Positions 10,266-19,971 of a stretch of DNA of 64,000 nt are shown one piece after another. The stretch lies in the IMG/VR virus record IMGVR_UViG_3300031758_000022, positions 39,023 through 103,022 of that record; one strand, 5' to 3'. This stretch comes from a virus. Both the position numbers and the translations under genes were made by a program. How positions within the stretch are numbered: the first letter of the stretch is position 1; each line of letters opens with the position of its first letter. Under the pieces are notes generated by a model. That model did no database searches and was not told the DNA's origin. It was given only the letters and a program-made list of their open reading frames with translations.

Positions 10266-10658
10266 TTATTGCCTTGAAAATCTCTCAAAGCTGATATAAA
10301 AGCCTATTCCATAAATAACTGGAAAGACTACAAAGCTTGCAACTAAAGCTAAATACCAAGGAACCATCTGAATAGACAGCGCAAGATAAAAAGCTCTAAG
10401 CATAAAAAACTGATATTTATGCCAAGCATCAGTAAGACATACAAGTATAGTGCTACTGTATGGAAATTTTTCTTCATAAAGAGGATAATGACCGAAGTAA
10501 TACCAGTCTTTTTGTTTATAATACTTAAGCCTACCATCTACAGTAAGCTTCCATTTGTTTTTCCATCCTATGTTTCTACCACGAAACATAATAGTATCCA
10601 TCTTGCCTTTTAAATAGGCAGCTACTATTATTAATATAAGACTACAAATGTCCAGCAT
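10266..10658 (-). CDS. Membrane protein
   Basis: Hydrophobic segments; WKNKWK and TDAWH motifs. Confidence 0.6.
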   Translation of the reverse strand: MLDICSLILIIVAAYLKGKMDTIMFRGRNIGWKNKWKLTVDGRLKYYKQKDWYYFGHYPLYEEKFPYSSTILVCLTDAWHKYQFFMLRAFYLALSIQMVPWYLALVASFVVFPVIYGIGFYISFERFSRQ

Positions 10659-10839
10659 CTTTTTTTTCTATATAATCTATGTACTTACCTATGAGCAATA
10701 TACAAAAAAATACAGACCATAAGTAAAGTCCTATGGTTTTATCTAATCCAGGAGACCAAAATAACATGATCAAATAGCCTATGGCAAACACAAGAACATG
10801 AAATAGAGATTCTTTTAATAACCATTTAATGTAATTCAT
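10642..10839 (-). CDS. Small two-TM membrane protein
   Basis: Likely start MNYIK at 10839; two hydrophobic helices. Confidence 0.55.
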   Translation of the reverse strand: MNYIKWLLKESLFHVLVFAIGYLIMLFWSPGLDKTIGLYLWSVFFCILLIGKYIDYIEKKDAGHL

Positions 10840-10898
10840 TGCATAAAGATATAAAAAAAGTGGGCCTAGACCCACTTCTTATTGTATTTTTTAACTAA

Positions 10899-11342
10899 TT
10901 ACTTGTCCAATTTCTTAGGACCTCCTGTTGATTTTTTCTTGTAAAATCTGCGCTTAGGCTTAGGATTTTCAGAAACAATCTTAGCATCATCTGCTGCTTT
11001 TACATTAATTGTAACGTCATCTGATGCTGCTGCAAGAAGTTTCTTGTTTTCATTATAAAGAACATCAATTTTAGACTGAAGAGATGCAATCTTAATGTCT
11101 TTTACTTGAATGTCCTTTGCAAGAGCAGCCTTCTCATCAGAAAGTTGAGCAATTTGCTTCTCTTGAGCACGCATCTTAGAAGATACTAAAGCACATGAAT
11201 TATTGGCATTTGCCAAATCATCCTGAGACTCAGCTATAATAGCTTTTAGGTCAGCTACTTTTGATGCAAAAACAATACTTACAATTATAGCCACTACAGC
11301 GACAACTGAAATTGAAAGAAGAAGTAAGTTATTATATTCCAT
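10899..11342 (-). CDS. Membrane-anchored coiled-coil protein
   Basis: N-terminal TM, heptad region, basic C-terminus; has its own promoter and terminator. Confidence 0.65.
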   Translation of the reverse strand: MEYNNLLLLSISVVAVVAIIVSIVFASKVADLKAIIAESQDDLANANNSCALVSSKMRAQEKQIAQLSDEKAALAKDIQVKDIKIASLQSKIDVLYNENKKLLAAASDDVTINVKAADDAKIVSENPKPKRRFYKKKSTGGPKKLDK

Positions 11343-11362
11343 TGGTTTTGAGATTTATGGTC

Positions 11363-11393
11363 CAAATATATACATATTTCTTATTCCCACAAA
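11363..11393 (-). promoter_or_regulatory. Bacteroidota housekeeping-type promoter
   Basis: Minus strand TTTG-19 nt-TATATTTG, 21 nt before the ATG at 11342. Confidence 0.7.
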
Positions 11394-11788
11394 CTTCTAA
11401 ACAAAGATTTTATATTTTTAACTCCTACAGGGTTCATACTATGTATGAGAATCTCAGGTACTTGCCAATTGTTTTCTTGGTAATATTCCAAAAACCACTT
11501 TGCACAATGATATCCTGTTTTATTGTAGTCATCTTCAAAACTCTTTCCGTCATAATCTAATATACCGTCCACCATGTTTTGATGATAGTGACCATCCACT
11601 AAATCATGATCAAAAGAAATAGTATCTATGCTATCTCCAGCTGCTTTTACAGCTTCAACAAACTCCGGGTAATTTCTTACTATTACCCAATCATCTTGAC
11701 CATAGATAGTAGAATAACCGTTTATTCTAGCGGCCATATAAGTTAAGCAATCAGCCGGCTTTCTAAAGTCATCAAGGAAAATTTTCAT
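11381..11788 (-). CDS. Cyclic-phosphate-processing receiver-like domain protein
   Basis: MKIFLDD.R, ISFDHDL, TGY, IHSMNPVG motifs. Confidence 0.75.
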   Translation of the reverse strand: MKIFLDDFRKPADCLTYMAARINGYSTIYGQDDWVIVRNYPEFVEAVKAAGDSIDTISFDHDLVDGHYHQNMVDGILDYDGKSFEDDYNKTGYHCAKWFLEYYQENNWQVPEILIHSMNPVGVKNIKSLFRSLWE

Positions 11789-11985
11789 ATTGGTAAGTTT
11801 TTTATTTTGTCAATTTCATTAAGCACTTCATACCAGTATTTCTGACCGGTAATGTCAATGAGTTTAGTTACAGCTACTTTAGCACATTCTTTTACCTTTC
11901 TTGTAGGTATAATGCTCTCTAATATAATCATGTAAGTTCTTACAAGATCTTTAGCTTGTTCTTCAGGTGTTTTGTTAGAATTCAT
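11785..11985 (-). CDS. Hypothetical protein
   Basis: TPEEQAKDL...KECA..AV...YW.EV..EI pattern; ATG at 11985. Confidence 0.55.
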   Translation of the reverse strand: MNSNKTPEEQAKDLVRTYMIILESIIPTRKVKECAKVAVTKLIDITGQKYWYEVLNEIDKIKNLPI

Positions 11986-12000
11986 AATTAACAAAATTAA

Positions 12001-12030
12001 AAAAAAGAGGGATGTTACTCCCTCTTTTTT
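12001..12030 (-). terminator. Intrinsic terminator (bidirectional)
   Basis: AAAAAAGAGGGA-TGTTAC-TCCCTCTTTTTT. Confidence 0.75.
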
Positions 12031-13381
12031 ATTGAAATTCGGATTTTACAACATTGTTAATAAGCATACTAATAGCCTCAGGAGCTTTAGACATTTCTGT
12101 AACAACAGTATTGTATTTGTACAACTCTTGAACTCCAGTATAGTTAAAACCTATACCGCAAGCTACAAAACCGTCCCTTTTGCATTTTTCAACAATTCTC
12201 TTTAAATCATCACGGTCTGAAGAGCTTCCATATCTGTAACCTGCAGGTTGACCATCAGAAATTACAATGAAAAGAATGTTCTTATCAGTATAAGATCTAA
12301 TTTTGTCATAGATATTGTCAATAACAGGACCATCATAATTCTCTAAAAAGTTTACTCTATTTTGACGAGCATAAGCTTTTTCAAAAATCTGGTTGTACTT
12401 GTCATTATATACATGAATTTCAGGAACATTACCACCTGTATGACCATATATATAAATGTCTTTAGGATCCATTACTTGAGAGAATGTCAAATAAAGCATT
12501 TTTGTAATACTGTGTTGGCTATCTCTATAACCAGAATAGTCCATACTACCACTCTCATCATTTAGAATGCAAACACTAAAAGGCTTAGTTCTATCATGAA
12601 GCTCTTTTCTAAAATTGATAAGATGATTTCCTGCTATTGCCTCAGCAATTTTAGGAATATCTATTTTACCAGTTCTTAGATTAGTAATTTTAGTCTCATC
12701 CTGATCAAAAGAAATATCAAGAAGATTTAACAGTTTTTCAGAGTTTTTTACTTCATTGGAATTATAATGATGTTCACTCTCCTGCTCAGACATAACCTTA
12801 AATGTAGTATTCTTTTTAAGATCTTCATAACAGCTAGAACTAGATTTATAGTCACCCCATATATTAGAACGAGTTTGCTTCTCAACAGAATTTATTTCAC
12901 TTCTTAAAAAATCCTTAGTTGATTTACCTATAGACAAATAGTCTTCAGTATCCTCATCTTTTAAGGAAAATTTATAAGTAATTGTTGAATTACTTATCAA
13001 ATTACTATAATTAGTAAATAATGAAGAAAGCTCCTTTTCATTCTTTATGATACCTCTTAAACAAGCTTTTACAGATTCTTTATTAAAAGTGTAAACAATA
13101 CTTGATCTATATACACCATATCCATAGAAATTGTCTACTTTTTCTGCTTTACAAGATTCTAAAAATGTATCTTGATAACCGTATTTGTTAACAGCATTGA
13201 TAAAAACAGCTAGTAGCTTCTTTTCAGAATAAGGACTAATATATTGAGATTTATCTCCCGCTGTAATGTTAAAACCATAAGGCATTTTCATTTCAGGAAG
13301 ATCCCATAAAAGCTGGGAAAACCCTCCAAAATCGGAGGATTCCCAGCCACTTTTACTAAAAAACTTTTTTACTTTACCCAT
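12029..13381 (-). CDS. VWA domain protein (CobT/NorD-like)
   Basis: RTGKIDI, MIDAS DESGSM, N.DG, VISDGQP. Confidence 0.8.
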   Translation of the reverse strand: MGKVKKFFSKSGWESSDFGGFSQLLWDLPEMKMPYGFNITAGDKSQYISPYSEKKLLAVFINAVNKYGYQDTFLESCKAEKVDNFYGYGVYRSSIVYTFNKESVKACLRGIIKNEKELSSLFTNYSNLISNSTITYKFSLKDEDTEDYLSIGKSTKDFLRSEINSVEKQTRSNIWGDYKSSSSCYEDLKKNTTFKVMSEQESEHHYNSNEVKNSEKLLNLLDISFDQDETKITNLRTGKIDIPKIAEAIAGNHLINFRKELHDRTKPFSVCILNDESGSMDYSGYRDSQHSITKMLYLTFSQVMDPKDIYIYGHTGGNVPEIHVYNDKYNQIFEKAYARQNRVNFLENYDGPVIDNIYDKIRSYTDKNILFIVISDGQPAGYRYGSSSDRDDLKRIVEKCKRDGFVACGIGFNYTGVQELYKYNTVVTEMSKAPEAISMLINNVVKSEFQ

Positions 13382-13408
13382 ATTATATGGTTTTTAGTAG
13401 TGTGATTA

Positions 13409-14479
13409 TTACTTTTTATAAGGGTTGATTATACTAGAGACAGCATCTATTCCTGCTTTTCCTCCAATACCCTTACACGTAGCATAATATGCATCATAGA
13501 TTGTGAAGCCATTAGCTACCATAGAAGTAATCATTTTCAAGTGTCTCATTGACAAATTGAAATTGATAACAAATTGCTCATGCTGAACATTAATAGCAAA
13601 GAATATATCTACAATACTAGAATAGTTTTCTTTACTAACTGTGTCTTTGAAGACATTTTCTAGTACGTATTTACAACCTTCAGCATTCAAAGGCTCAATC
13701 TCCAAGATCATAAATCTGTCAATCAAAGCTTTGTCAAGTTTGTGAGTACCTGTGTACTGACTACCTGTATTTGCTGTAGCTACAAACACACAATCAGGAT
13801 GAATCTTAATTGGTGAATAGTCCTCAAAAGAATACTCCATTGGAAGTTCTCTTCTAAAGTCAAGACAAGGGAACAACAAGTTGTTAGAACCTGCTGCAGC
13901 ACGAGACAACTCATCAAGAACTACAATCCCAGGTTTTTGAATTACCTCTGAGAATCTTGATTTCTTAAATTCACTACTTGTAACTCCATCTTTTACAGTG
14001 ATTGCGTGAGTACCAATCAAAGACATGATAGGGTCTGTCATAGTACCCATATCAAATACAGTATAATCCATTTTTAAAGATTGCGCTATTGCAGCAATCA
14101 TCTCAGTCTTACCTACACCGGTAGGACCCAATAACATAGTATTTACCTTGTTCTTGATATTATGAGAAAGCATCTTTGAGATACCTTTTTCAATCAAAAA
14201 CCCATTAACAGCTTGATAAATCTTAGGTGCTGCGGCTGTTGTTTTTAATGTAGCAGTTAGTGTTTCTGAATCTATCACAGATTCTATCACAGAGTCTTTA
14301 ATAGTAGGTGGTGTTTTTGCTGCTTCAGCTGCTTCTCTTGCTTCCATCATTTCTTTTTTTGTTCTACGTTTTCTTTTTACTTTTAATAATTCTGCTCTTA
14401 ATAATTCTTCAGTACTTTCTAGTCTACCTATTTCAATAGTTGCATCTTTGAAGAATTCTTCAATAGTTTCTGGTTCCAT
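13409..14479 (-). CDS. MoxR/CbbQ/NorQ-type AAA+ ATPase
   Basis: GPTGVGKT, VVLDELSR, ATAN, ALIDRF. Confidence 0.85.
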   Translation of the reverse strand: MEPETIEEFFKDATIEIGRLESTEELLRAELLKVKRKRRTKKEMMEAREAAEAAKTPPTIKDSVIESVIDSETLTATLKTTAAAPKIYQAVNGFLIEKGISKMLSHNIKNKVNTMLLGPTGVGKTEMIAAIAQSLKMDYTVFDMGTMTDPIMSLIGTHAITVKDGVTSSEFKKSRFSEVIQKPGIVVLDELSRAAAGSNNLLFPCLDFRRELPMEYSFEDYSPIKIHPDCVFVATANTGSQYTGTHKLDKALIDRFMILEIEPLNAEGCKYVLENVFKDTVSKENYSSIVDIFFAINVQHEQFVINFNLSMRHLKMITSMVANGFTIYDAYYATCKGIGGKAGIDAVSSIINPYKK

Positions 14480-14538
14480 TTTGTTAAATGTGAGTTGTTA
14501 AGCCTTGAGAATCAAGACTTTTATTTTTTTACAAGGGA

Positions 14539-15660
14539 CTAAACGTTTATGTATTTGATTTTACTTTGGTCAAATACTGCTAATGCAGATTTGGTCCAGT
14601 TCTCATCTACAGTACCTCTGTAACATAAAACGTGAATTACTGCCTTTTCTGTAGGATTTAATCTTAACATCCTACCAATTCTCTGACTAGATTTTCTTTC
14701 ATTGCCATATGCATGCATAATGATTCCTTGTTTTAAGTCAGGTATATTTACACCTTCACTTAATTGTAGTACTGCTGAGAGTTTAGGAATTATGCCGGCT
14801 TTAAACTTTAAAAGATTTTCTTCAGAATCTTTGTTACCACTATAGTAACTGTGTCTACATAGTCTATTAGCTTGGTTCTGAGTATTAGCAAACAAGATGC
14901 ATTTATCAGATATAGAATTAAAAAGTTTTTCAGCATATACTTCTTTTGAAGGATACTCCATCATAGCTTTCATTCTTTGAATTCTGAGCATCATAGTTTC
15001 TTTTATAAAACTAGAATTATCAATTCTATCACACCAATACACATAGGATTCTACCTCTGATGTAGGCCACTTCTTATACTTATTTCCTACCATTACATTC
15101 TTCATTTTTCCTAGAGGAAGTAAATGAACAATGATCTCATAGTCATTAAGAATACCATCTCCTACGGCATCATCTACTAAATACTCATATACCATAGGGC
15201 AATAAGTATTTACCATTTTACCTTTTTCAGATGTGACAAACTTAGGAGGAGTCCCTGTTAAGCCAATTATACCACCAGAAAATTTTGATAAACAAGGAGA
15301 ATGAGATTCAAGAAGATTGTGACACTCATCAAGATAGATTACATCATAGACACTTAAGTCCTTTTTACAAAGAGATAAGTAAGTAGTGTAATCTATATTG
15401 TCAGATAACCAAGACATATTATGCTTAGTAATCTCATCTTTCCAGGAATTCCAAATAGATTTTTTAGGCGCTACTACTAAGGCCTTTATACTAGAACCAT
15501 AGTATATATTAAGACTGTTCAAGTGTTTAAGACCTATTAAAGTCTTTCCTACTCCCATACTTACTGCAACACCTGCTCTATTTTTAATACCTAAAGCTGC
15601 TAATGCTTCAGCTTGTATTTCATCTTTAGTCTTCTTCATTCTCTTGAGTTCTTGTTTCAT
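14539..15660 (-). CDS. Superfamily 2 helicase
   Basis: MGVGKT, DECH, GLTGT, EGVNIP, QRIGR..R. Confidence 0.85.
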   Translation of the reverse strand: MKQELKRMKKTKDEIQAEALAALGIKNRAGVAVSMGVGKTLIGLKHLNSLNIYYGSSIKALVVAPKKSIWNSWKDEITKHNMSWLSDNIDYTTYLSLCKKDLSVYDVIYLDECHNLLESHSPCLSKFSGGIIGLTGTPPKFVTSEKGKMVNTYCPMVYEYLVDDAVGDGILNDYEIIVHLLPLGKMKNVMVGNKYKKWPTSEVESYVYWCDRIDNSSFIKETMMLRIQRMKAMMEYPSKEVYAEKLFNSISDKCILFANTQNQANRLCRHSYYSGNKDSEENLLKFKAGIIPKLSAVLQLSEGVNIPDLKQGIIMHAYGNERKSSQRIGRMLRLNPTEKAVIHVLCYRGTVDENWTKSALAVFDQSKIKYINV

Positions 15661-16060
15661 CTCTTGATACAGAGAATCCCATAGCCTTTGCCATTAAAGG
15701 ATTCTCTTCAATTTGATTGTGACACACCCTACAAACAGGCAGGAATAAGCTATCATCTAATAGATACCTACCCCTACCTGCCATATGGTGCACATCTGAA
15801 GCATTAAGTTGACATCCGGTTAATTTTGCTTTGCAAAAAGGATTATTTGTAAGGAAAGCTATGCGAAGAATCCCATACAATTTTTCCAACTTTTCTTGCT
15901 TAGAAGATTTGCTCTTGATAGGAGCTTTTGCTTTTAATGGTTTTAAAGACTTTTCTGGATGTTTTGCCCAACAGGCTTGGCAGAATCTTTCTTTGCCGTG
16001 TTTTTTCCATATTACTTTGTCTTCATGACAACCATCACATTTCTTTAGTTTCGCTTGCAT
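15626..16060 (-). CDS. HNH-type endonuclease with Zn ribbon
   Basis: CxxC pairs, DVHH..GR, C..CHN. Confidence 0.65.
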   Translation of the reverse strand: MQAKLKKCDGCHEDKVIWKKHGKERFCQACWAKHPEKSLKPLKAKAPIKSKSSKQEKLEKLYGILRIAFLTNNPFCKAKLTGCQLNASDVHHMAGRGRYLLDDSLFLPVCRVCHNQIEENPLMAKAMGFSVSRDETRTQENEED

Positions 16061-16235
16061 TTCCGGTAACTAGAATGGTCCCATCATTATAAAGTGCACC
16101 TAGAGATGCACTTTTAGATACTTCTTTAAAAGCGTTGTTTTGAACACTCAAAGATTTTAATAAGCTTTTTTCCAATTCATTTTCAGGAATCAAAGCTAAT
16201 CCTACAGTACCATTGACTGTAAATTGATATTTCAT
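16035..16235 (-). CDS. Hypothetical protein
   Basis: 66-aa coupled ORF. Confidence 0.5.
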   Translation of the reverse strand: MKYQFTVNGTVGLALIPENELEKSLLKSLSVQNNAFKEVSKSASLGALYNDGTILVTGNASETKEM

Positions 16236-16546
16236 TCTTCTTGTTTTTTAAAGGACTCTTCCACCTTCTCATAAAGCCCAGGGATAGACTCCCTGATAAG
16301 CTCTATGATAGGTGTAAGTTTTTCATCCACAATCTGACAATATTTATAGTGAGGTTCTTCTACTATATCTAAAAGATCTTGTTCAGAAAACTCTTTAAAA
16401 GTAGATATCAAAGTTGTTTCAGAAATATCTAAAACACTTTCAACACCGCCTAATTGAAAAAGCTTATCATAATTATCCAAGAACTTCTTGTTTGTGATAT
16501 AAATGAAGATTACTTCTTCATTGTCTAAGTTGTGAAAGTTGCCCAT
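16232..16546 (-). CDS. Hypothetical protein
   Basis: 104-aa coupled ORF. Confidence 0.55.
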   Translation of the reverse strand: MGNFHNLDNEEVIFIYITNKKFLDNYDKLFQLGGVESVLDISETTLISTFKEFSEQDLLDIVEEPHYKYCQIVDEKLTPIIELIRESIPGLYEKVEESFKKQEE

Positions 16547-16548
16547 AG

Positions 16549-17031
16549 TTATACTAATTCATAAAAATTAACAGGAAGTATTTTTTCTTGGATAAGTTTA
16601 GAAACAATTTGTTTCTTTTCTACACCAAGGCTTTTGAAATCAACATCGCTAATGTATGACTGATCAGTCTCAGTTCCAAATTTTTCTACTATTTCTTTAG
16701 CAAATGTGCTGTGATAGAAAAGATTATTAAAAATGGAGTTAACCATATTATTAACCATTTCCTGTTTCCAAAGATTCAATACTTTCTGTGTACGCCCATG
16801 CACTTTGACAATTCTTTTCTTTTTGTCTCCATGCATTATACCCAGTTCTTCAACTGAATATACAGATAATCCAAACAATGCCCTTTTATACAGAAAATTC
16901 TGATAGGCATTAAACTCATCCCTTTCATACTCAACATATCCAGATTGTCTGTTGCCAAACAACTGATAGTCACTTAATTTCCCATCATAAGATGATGGCT
17001 GTACTTGGGATCTTTTTTTAGGTGGTTGCAT
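16549..17031 (-). CDS. Hypothetical protein
   Basis: 160-aa ORF. Confidence 0.6.
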   Translation of the reverse strand: MQPPKKRSQVQPSSYDGKLSDYQLFGNRQSGYVEYERDEFNAYQNFLYKRALFGLSVYSVEELGIMHGDKKKRIVKVHGRTQKVLNLWKQEMVNNMVNSIFNNLFYHSTFAKEIVEKFGTETDQSYISDVDFKSLGVEKKQIVSKLIQEKILPVNFYELV

Positions 17032-17081
17032 ATATATTTGATTTACAATATTTTAGAAATAAAAAATGAGGCCTAGCCTCA

Positions 17082-17354
17082 TTACTCAATTTCAAACTCA
17101 AATGGTTCATCTGGTATATCATTATCATCAGGAAAATAGTCTTCAAAGTATGTTTCCACCTCATCTACTTCTTCTTCTTCCTCTTCCTTAATGTCCGGCT
17201 CTTCAGTTTTAGAGATAGAAGACCCTGACCAAGGATTTGATATATATTCCCCGGCATTTATACTCAGTAAATACTGAACATCCCTGTCTTTTAGATTGAG
17301 ATATTCCTCTACTGAAATATGAACCACTTTACCATTTGGAAGCTGATAATACAT
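17082..17354 (-). CDS. Small protein with acidic tail
   Basis: YQLPNGK N-terminus and E/D-rich C-terminal half; own promoter and terminator. Confidence 0.6.
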   Translation of the reverse strand: MYYQLPNGKVVHISVEEYLNLKDRDVQYLLSINAGEYISNPWSGSSISKTEEPDIKEEEEEEVDEVETYFEDYFPDDNDIPDEPFEFEIE

Positions 17355-17370
17355 TGTACATATAATCTAT

Positions 17371-17378
17371 CAAAGATA
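17371..17378 (-). promoter_or_regulatory. Bacteroidota -7 promoter element
   Basis: TATCTTTG (TAnnTTTG) 17 nt upstream of the ATG at 17354. Confidence 0.55.
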
Positions 17379-17443
17379 CGTGTACATAATAAAAAAACTT
17401 CTAACTACCACTACTATAAGCAATAATTAAAGCATTAATATAG

Positions 17444-17686
17444 CTAGGACCTCATAGCAAGTACCGCAGCTAAAACTGAGGCAATTGTAGAGGCAATGCA
17501 TAGCAAATAGCATATCTTTATGCCTTTATTAAAGGCACGCATATCTTGGGTAGCAGTAATACTAATTTTTGATGTATTTTTAACATCTTCCTTTAAATAT
17601 GATAGCTGATCTGTTATATGTTTGATCTGTTTACTATACGTCCCCATATAAACAGGACGTTGATCTTGAGTTCTTTTTTCATTCAT
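17444..17686 (-). CDS. Small protein with C-terminal TM
   Basis: 80 aa, hydrophobic C-terminus. Confidence 0.5.
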   Translation of the reverse strand: MNEKRTQDQRPVYMGTYSKQIKHITDQLSYLKEDVKNTSKISITATQDMRAFNKGIKICYLLCIASTIASVLAAVLAMRS

Positions 17687-17726
17687 AATAAAATTCTTTG
17701 TATTTTAAATAATAAATACTAGTCAC

Positions 17727-18719
17727 ATGGCAGGAAAAACACCAGCTCAGATCTGCAAAGATCATCTTAAAGAATATCCAAACACTCCAATACTTACTCT
17801 AGCTAAGAAAATCTATGGAAAGCACAATCTGCTTTTCAAAGATGTTGAAGCTGTTAGAACAATGCTTAGGCGTTATGCTGGATTATCAGGAAATAAATCC
17901 CGTAAAGTAAAAACAGAGCTTACAAGACCTGTTACTTACAATTACAATCCTTTTGATGATATTCCTGAATCTTTTATGGATGTTAGAGAACCTTATGTTC
18001 TTCCTACAACAGCTACTAATATTCTTATTCTTTCTGATATTCACTTTCCATACCATGATAAAGATGCTTTAAAAGCAGCTATTCAGTATGGAGTAGATAA
18101 AAACATTAATTGCATTGTATTAAACGGGGATATTCTTGACTTCTATCAGTTATCTGACTTTAGTAAAGACCCTAGTAAACCAAAAATGTCCAAAGAGTTG
18201 GAACTTGGTAGATGGTTTTTAGGTGCATTACGTAGTAAATTTCCAAATATTCCTATTTATTACAAGATTGGTAATCATGAAATGAGACTAGAGAGATGGC
18301 TTAAAGTCAAAGCTCCAGAATTTCTTGATACCGATGAATTTAGACTTGATGTGCTCCTAAGATTTGGAGAACATAAAATCCATTTGATAGATAAATATAC
18401 TGTAATCAAGGCAGGACATTTGAATATAATTCACGGCCATGAATACAAAGGTGCCGGAGGTGTATATCCAGCTAAGTATATTTATAGTAAAACTAAAGTA
18501 AACACCTTATGCGGGCACTATCACAGGGCCAGCACATTCCTTGACAAAAATATGGATGGTAATTATCACGGAGGATTCACAACAGGATGTCTGTGTGAAC
18601 TTAGTCCAGATTACCTACCATATAATGATTGGGTTCTAGGATTTTCAAGAGTAATTGTACATCCTGATAAATCCTTTGAGGTTGAAAACAAAATAATTGT
18701 TGACGGTAAAATAAGATAA
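17727..18719 (+). CDS. Calcineurin-like metallophosphoesterase
   Basis: SDIH, NGDILD, GNHE, HGHE, GHYH. Confidence 0.88.
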   Translation: MAGKTPAQICKDHLKEYPNTPILTLAKKIYGKHNLLFKDVEAVRTMLRRYAGLSGNKSRKVKTELTRPVTYNYNPFDDIPESFMDVREPYVLPTTATNILILSDIHFPYHDKDALKAAIQYGVDKNINCIVLNGDILDFYQLSDFSKDPSKPKMSKELELGRWFLGALRSKFPNIPIYYKIGNHEMRLERWLKVKAPEFLDTDEFRLDVLLRFGEHKIHLIDKYTVIKAGHLNIIHGHEYKGAGGVYPAKYIYSKTKVNTLCGHYHRASTFLDKNMDGNYHGGFTTGCLCELSPDYLPYNDWVLGFSRVIVHPDKSFEVENKIIVDGKIR

Positions 18720-18723
18720 TACA

Positions 18724-18948
18724 ATGGCTACATATGTAAATATGGGGTTGTACACTCCTGAAACTGAAGAAGAAGAAACTTATTCTCCCATTATCTACAT
18801 TGATGAAGAAATAGTACAGATCTTAAATACTGAACATGAATTTATAGCTCAATTTACCTACGAAGAACTCAGAGGTATAATGGCTATAATGGCTGCTGAA
18901 CAAGAAAAACAACACTTATTTATCAAAGCTCAGATAAAAAGCAATTAA
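18724..18948 (+). CDS. Hypothetical acidic protein
   Basis: 74-aa ORF co-oriented with the phosphoesterase. Confidence 0.55.
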   Translation: MATYVNMGLYTPETEEEETYSPIIYIDEEIVQILNTEHEFIAQFTYEELRGIMAIMAAEQEKQHLFIKAQIKSN

Positions 18949-19286
18949 GGCTTTTTCTTATTAGCTTCAATTTGTTCATCAAGGTATTTCTCTATTACTT
19001 GTTTTATCTCAGGTAACATATAAAATGGAATGTCACCAATCAGTTGAGAAAACTGAAGAACCTGTGCCATTATCATTTCCATATTGACACCTTCTTTTTC
19101 CCACAATCCGGAAATACCATCCTTATGCTCTTTCTGAATAGTATCATTTAACCTATTTAGAAGCATTTTAGTTTGGTTTCTATTAAACCATTTAATAGTA
19201 CTAGCCTCATCTGCAGCATATGTAGCTACCTGAAGCCAGACTAAAAGGTTTAAAATTCTTATTCTTTCCTCTTCTTTTAAAGTCAT
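18945..19286 (-). CDS. Hypothetical protein
   Basis: 113-aa ORF. Confidence 0.55.
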   Translation of the reverse strand: MTLKEEERIRILNLLVWLQVATYAADEASTIKWFNRNQTKMLLNRLNDTIQKEHKDGISGLWEKEGVNMEMIMAQVLQFSQLIGDIPFYMLPEIKQVIEKYLDEQIEANKKKP

Positions 19287-19498
19287 AGGAAACTAATGAT
19301 TTTTGCATAAATAATTTTACTTTTTTCTTTATGGCTTTCAACATAGCCATAGCCCACCTTAGTATCCTTACTAAGGCACATCATTGGATCTTCAACATCA
19401 TCAGGATGAAGAGGATATATACCTCTTTCCGTATGTATATGCCAAGATTTGTCATTTGGATCCAAAAATAAAAATCCTTGAGGAAATTTAACTTCCAT
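19283..19498 (-). CDS. Hypothetical protein
   Basis: 71 aa, YPLHPDD motif. Confidence 0.5.
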   Translation of the reverse strand: MEVKFPQGFLFLDPNDKSWHIHTERGIYPLHPDDVEDPMMCLSKDTKVGYGYVESHKEKSKIIYAKIISFL

Positions 19499-19559
19499 TT
19501 GTTTATTGTTTGCTTGTTTTAACCATCAAAAAAGCCCATAAAGGGCTTTAATGATAGAT

Positions 19560-19955
19560 TTAATATGCATTTATCTTAATTTTTACCTCTGTTTTAATGA
19601 TCTCATAAGATGACTTCATACTATCAAAACCATCTAAGAAACTCAGTAGAATAAACATCTGTGATGCCTCTGAGTAGTCCATTTTATTATTATTCATAGG
19701 AAGTTCTGTCCAAGTATAGACATCATCTACATAAATAACCTGTGCTGCAATCTTTCCAGCAACTGATGGATCCCAAGAAGCATTGTCTGCATAGTACATA
19801 GTAATTCTTTGGCCTGTAGACTTAGTAAATTCTGCAACTTCTATTACATATTCAATGTGATGCTCACCTTGAGTTTTATCCATTACATAATAAAACCTCT
19901 GTGTGCTTTTATCAATAGTAAAAGCATCTTTTGTTTTCTTTTTCTTTTTAGCCAT
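19560..19955 (-). CDS. Hypothetical protein
   Basis: Start moved to MAKKKKK (19955) because the upstream ATG lies inside a tRNA-like RNA. Confidence 0.6.
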   Translation of the reverse strand: MAKKKKKTKDAFTIDKSTQRFYYVMDKTQGEHHIEYVIEVAEFTKSTGQRITMYYADNASWDPSVAGKIAAQVIYVDDVYTWTELPMNNNKMDYSEASQMFILLSFLDGFDSMKSSYEIIKTEVKIKINAY

Positions 19956-19971
19956 AAAATTTAATAATTTG

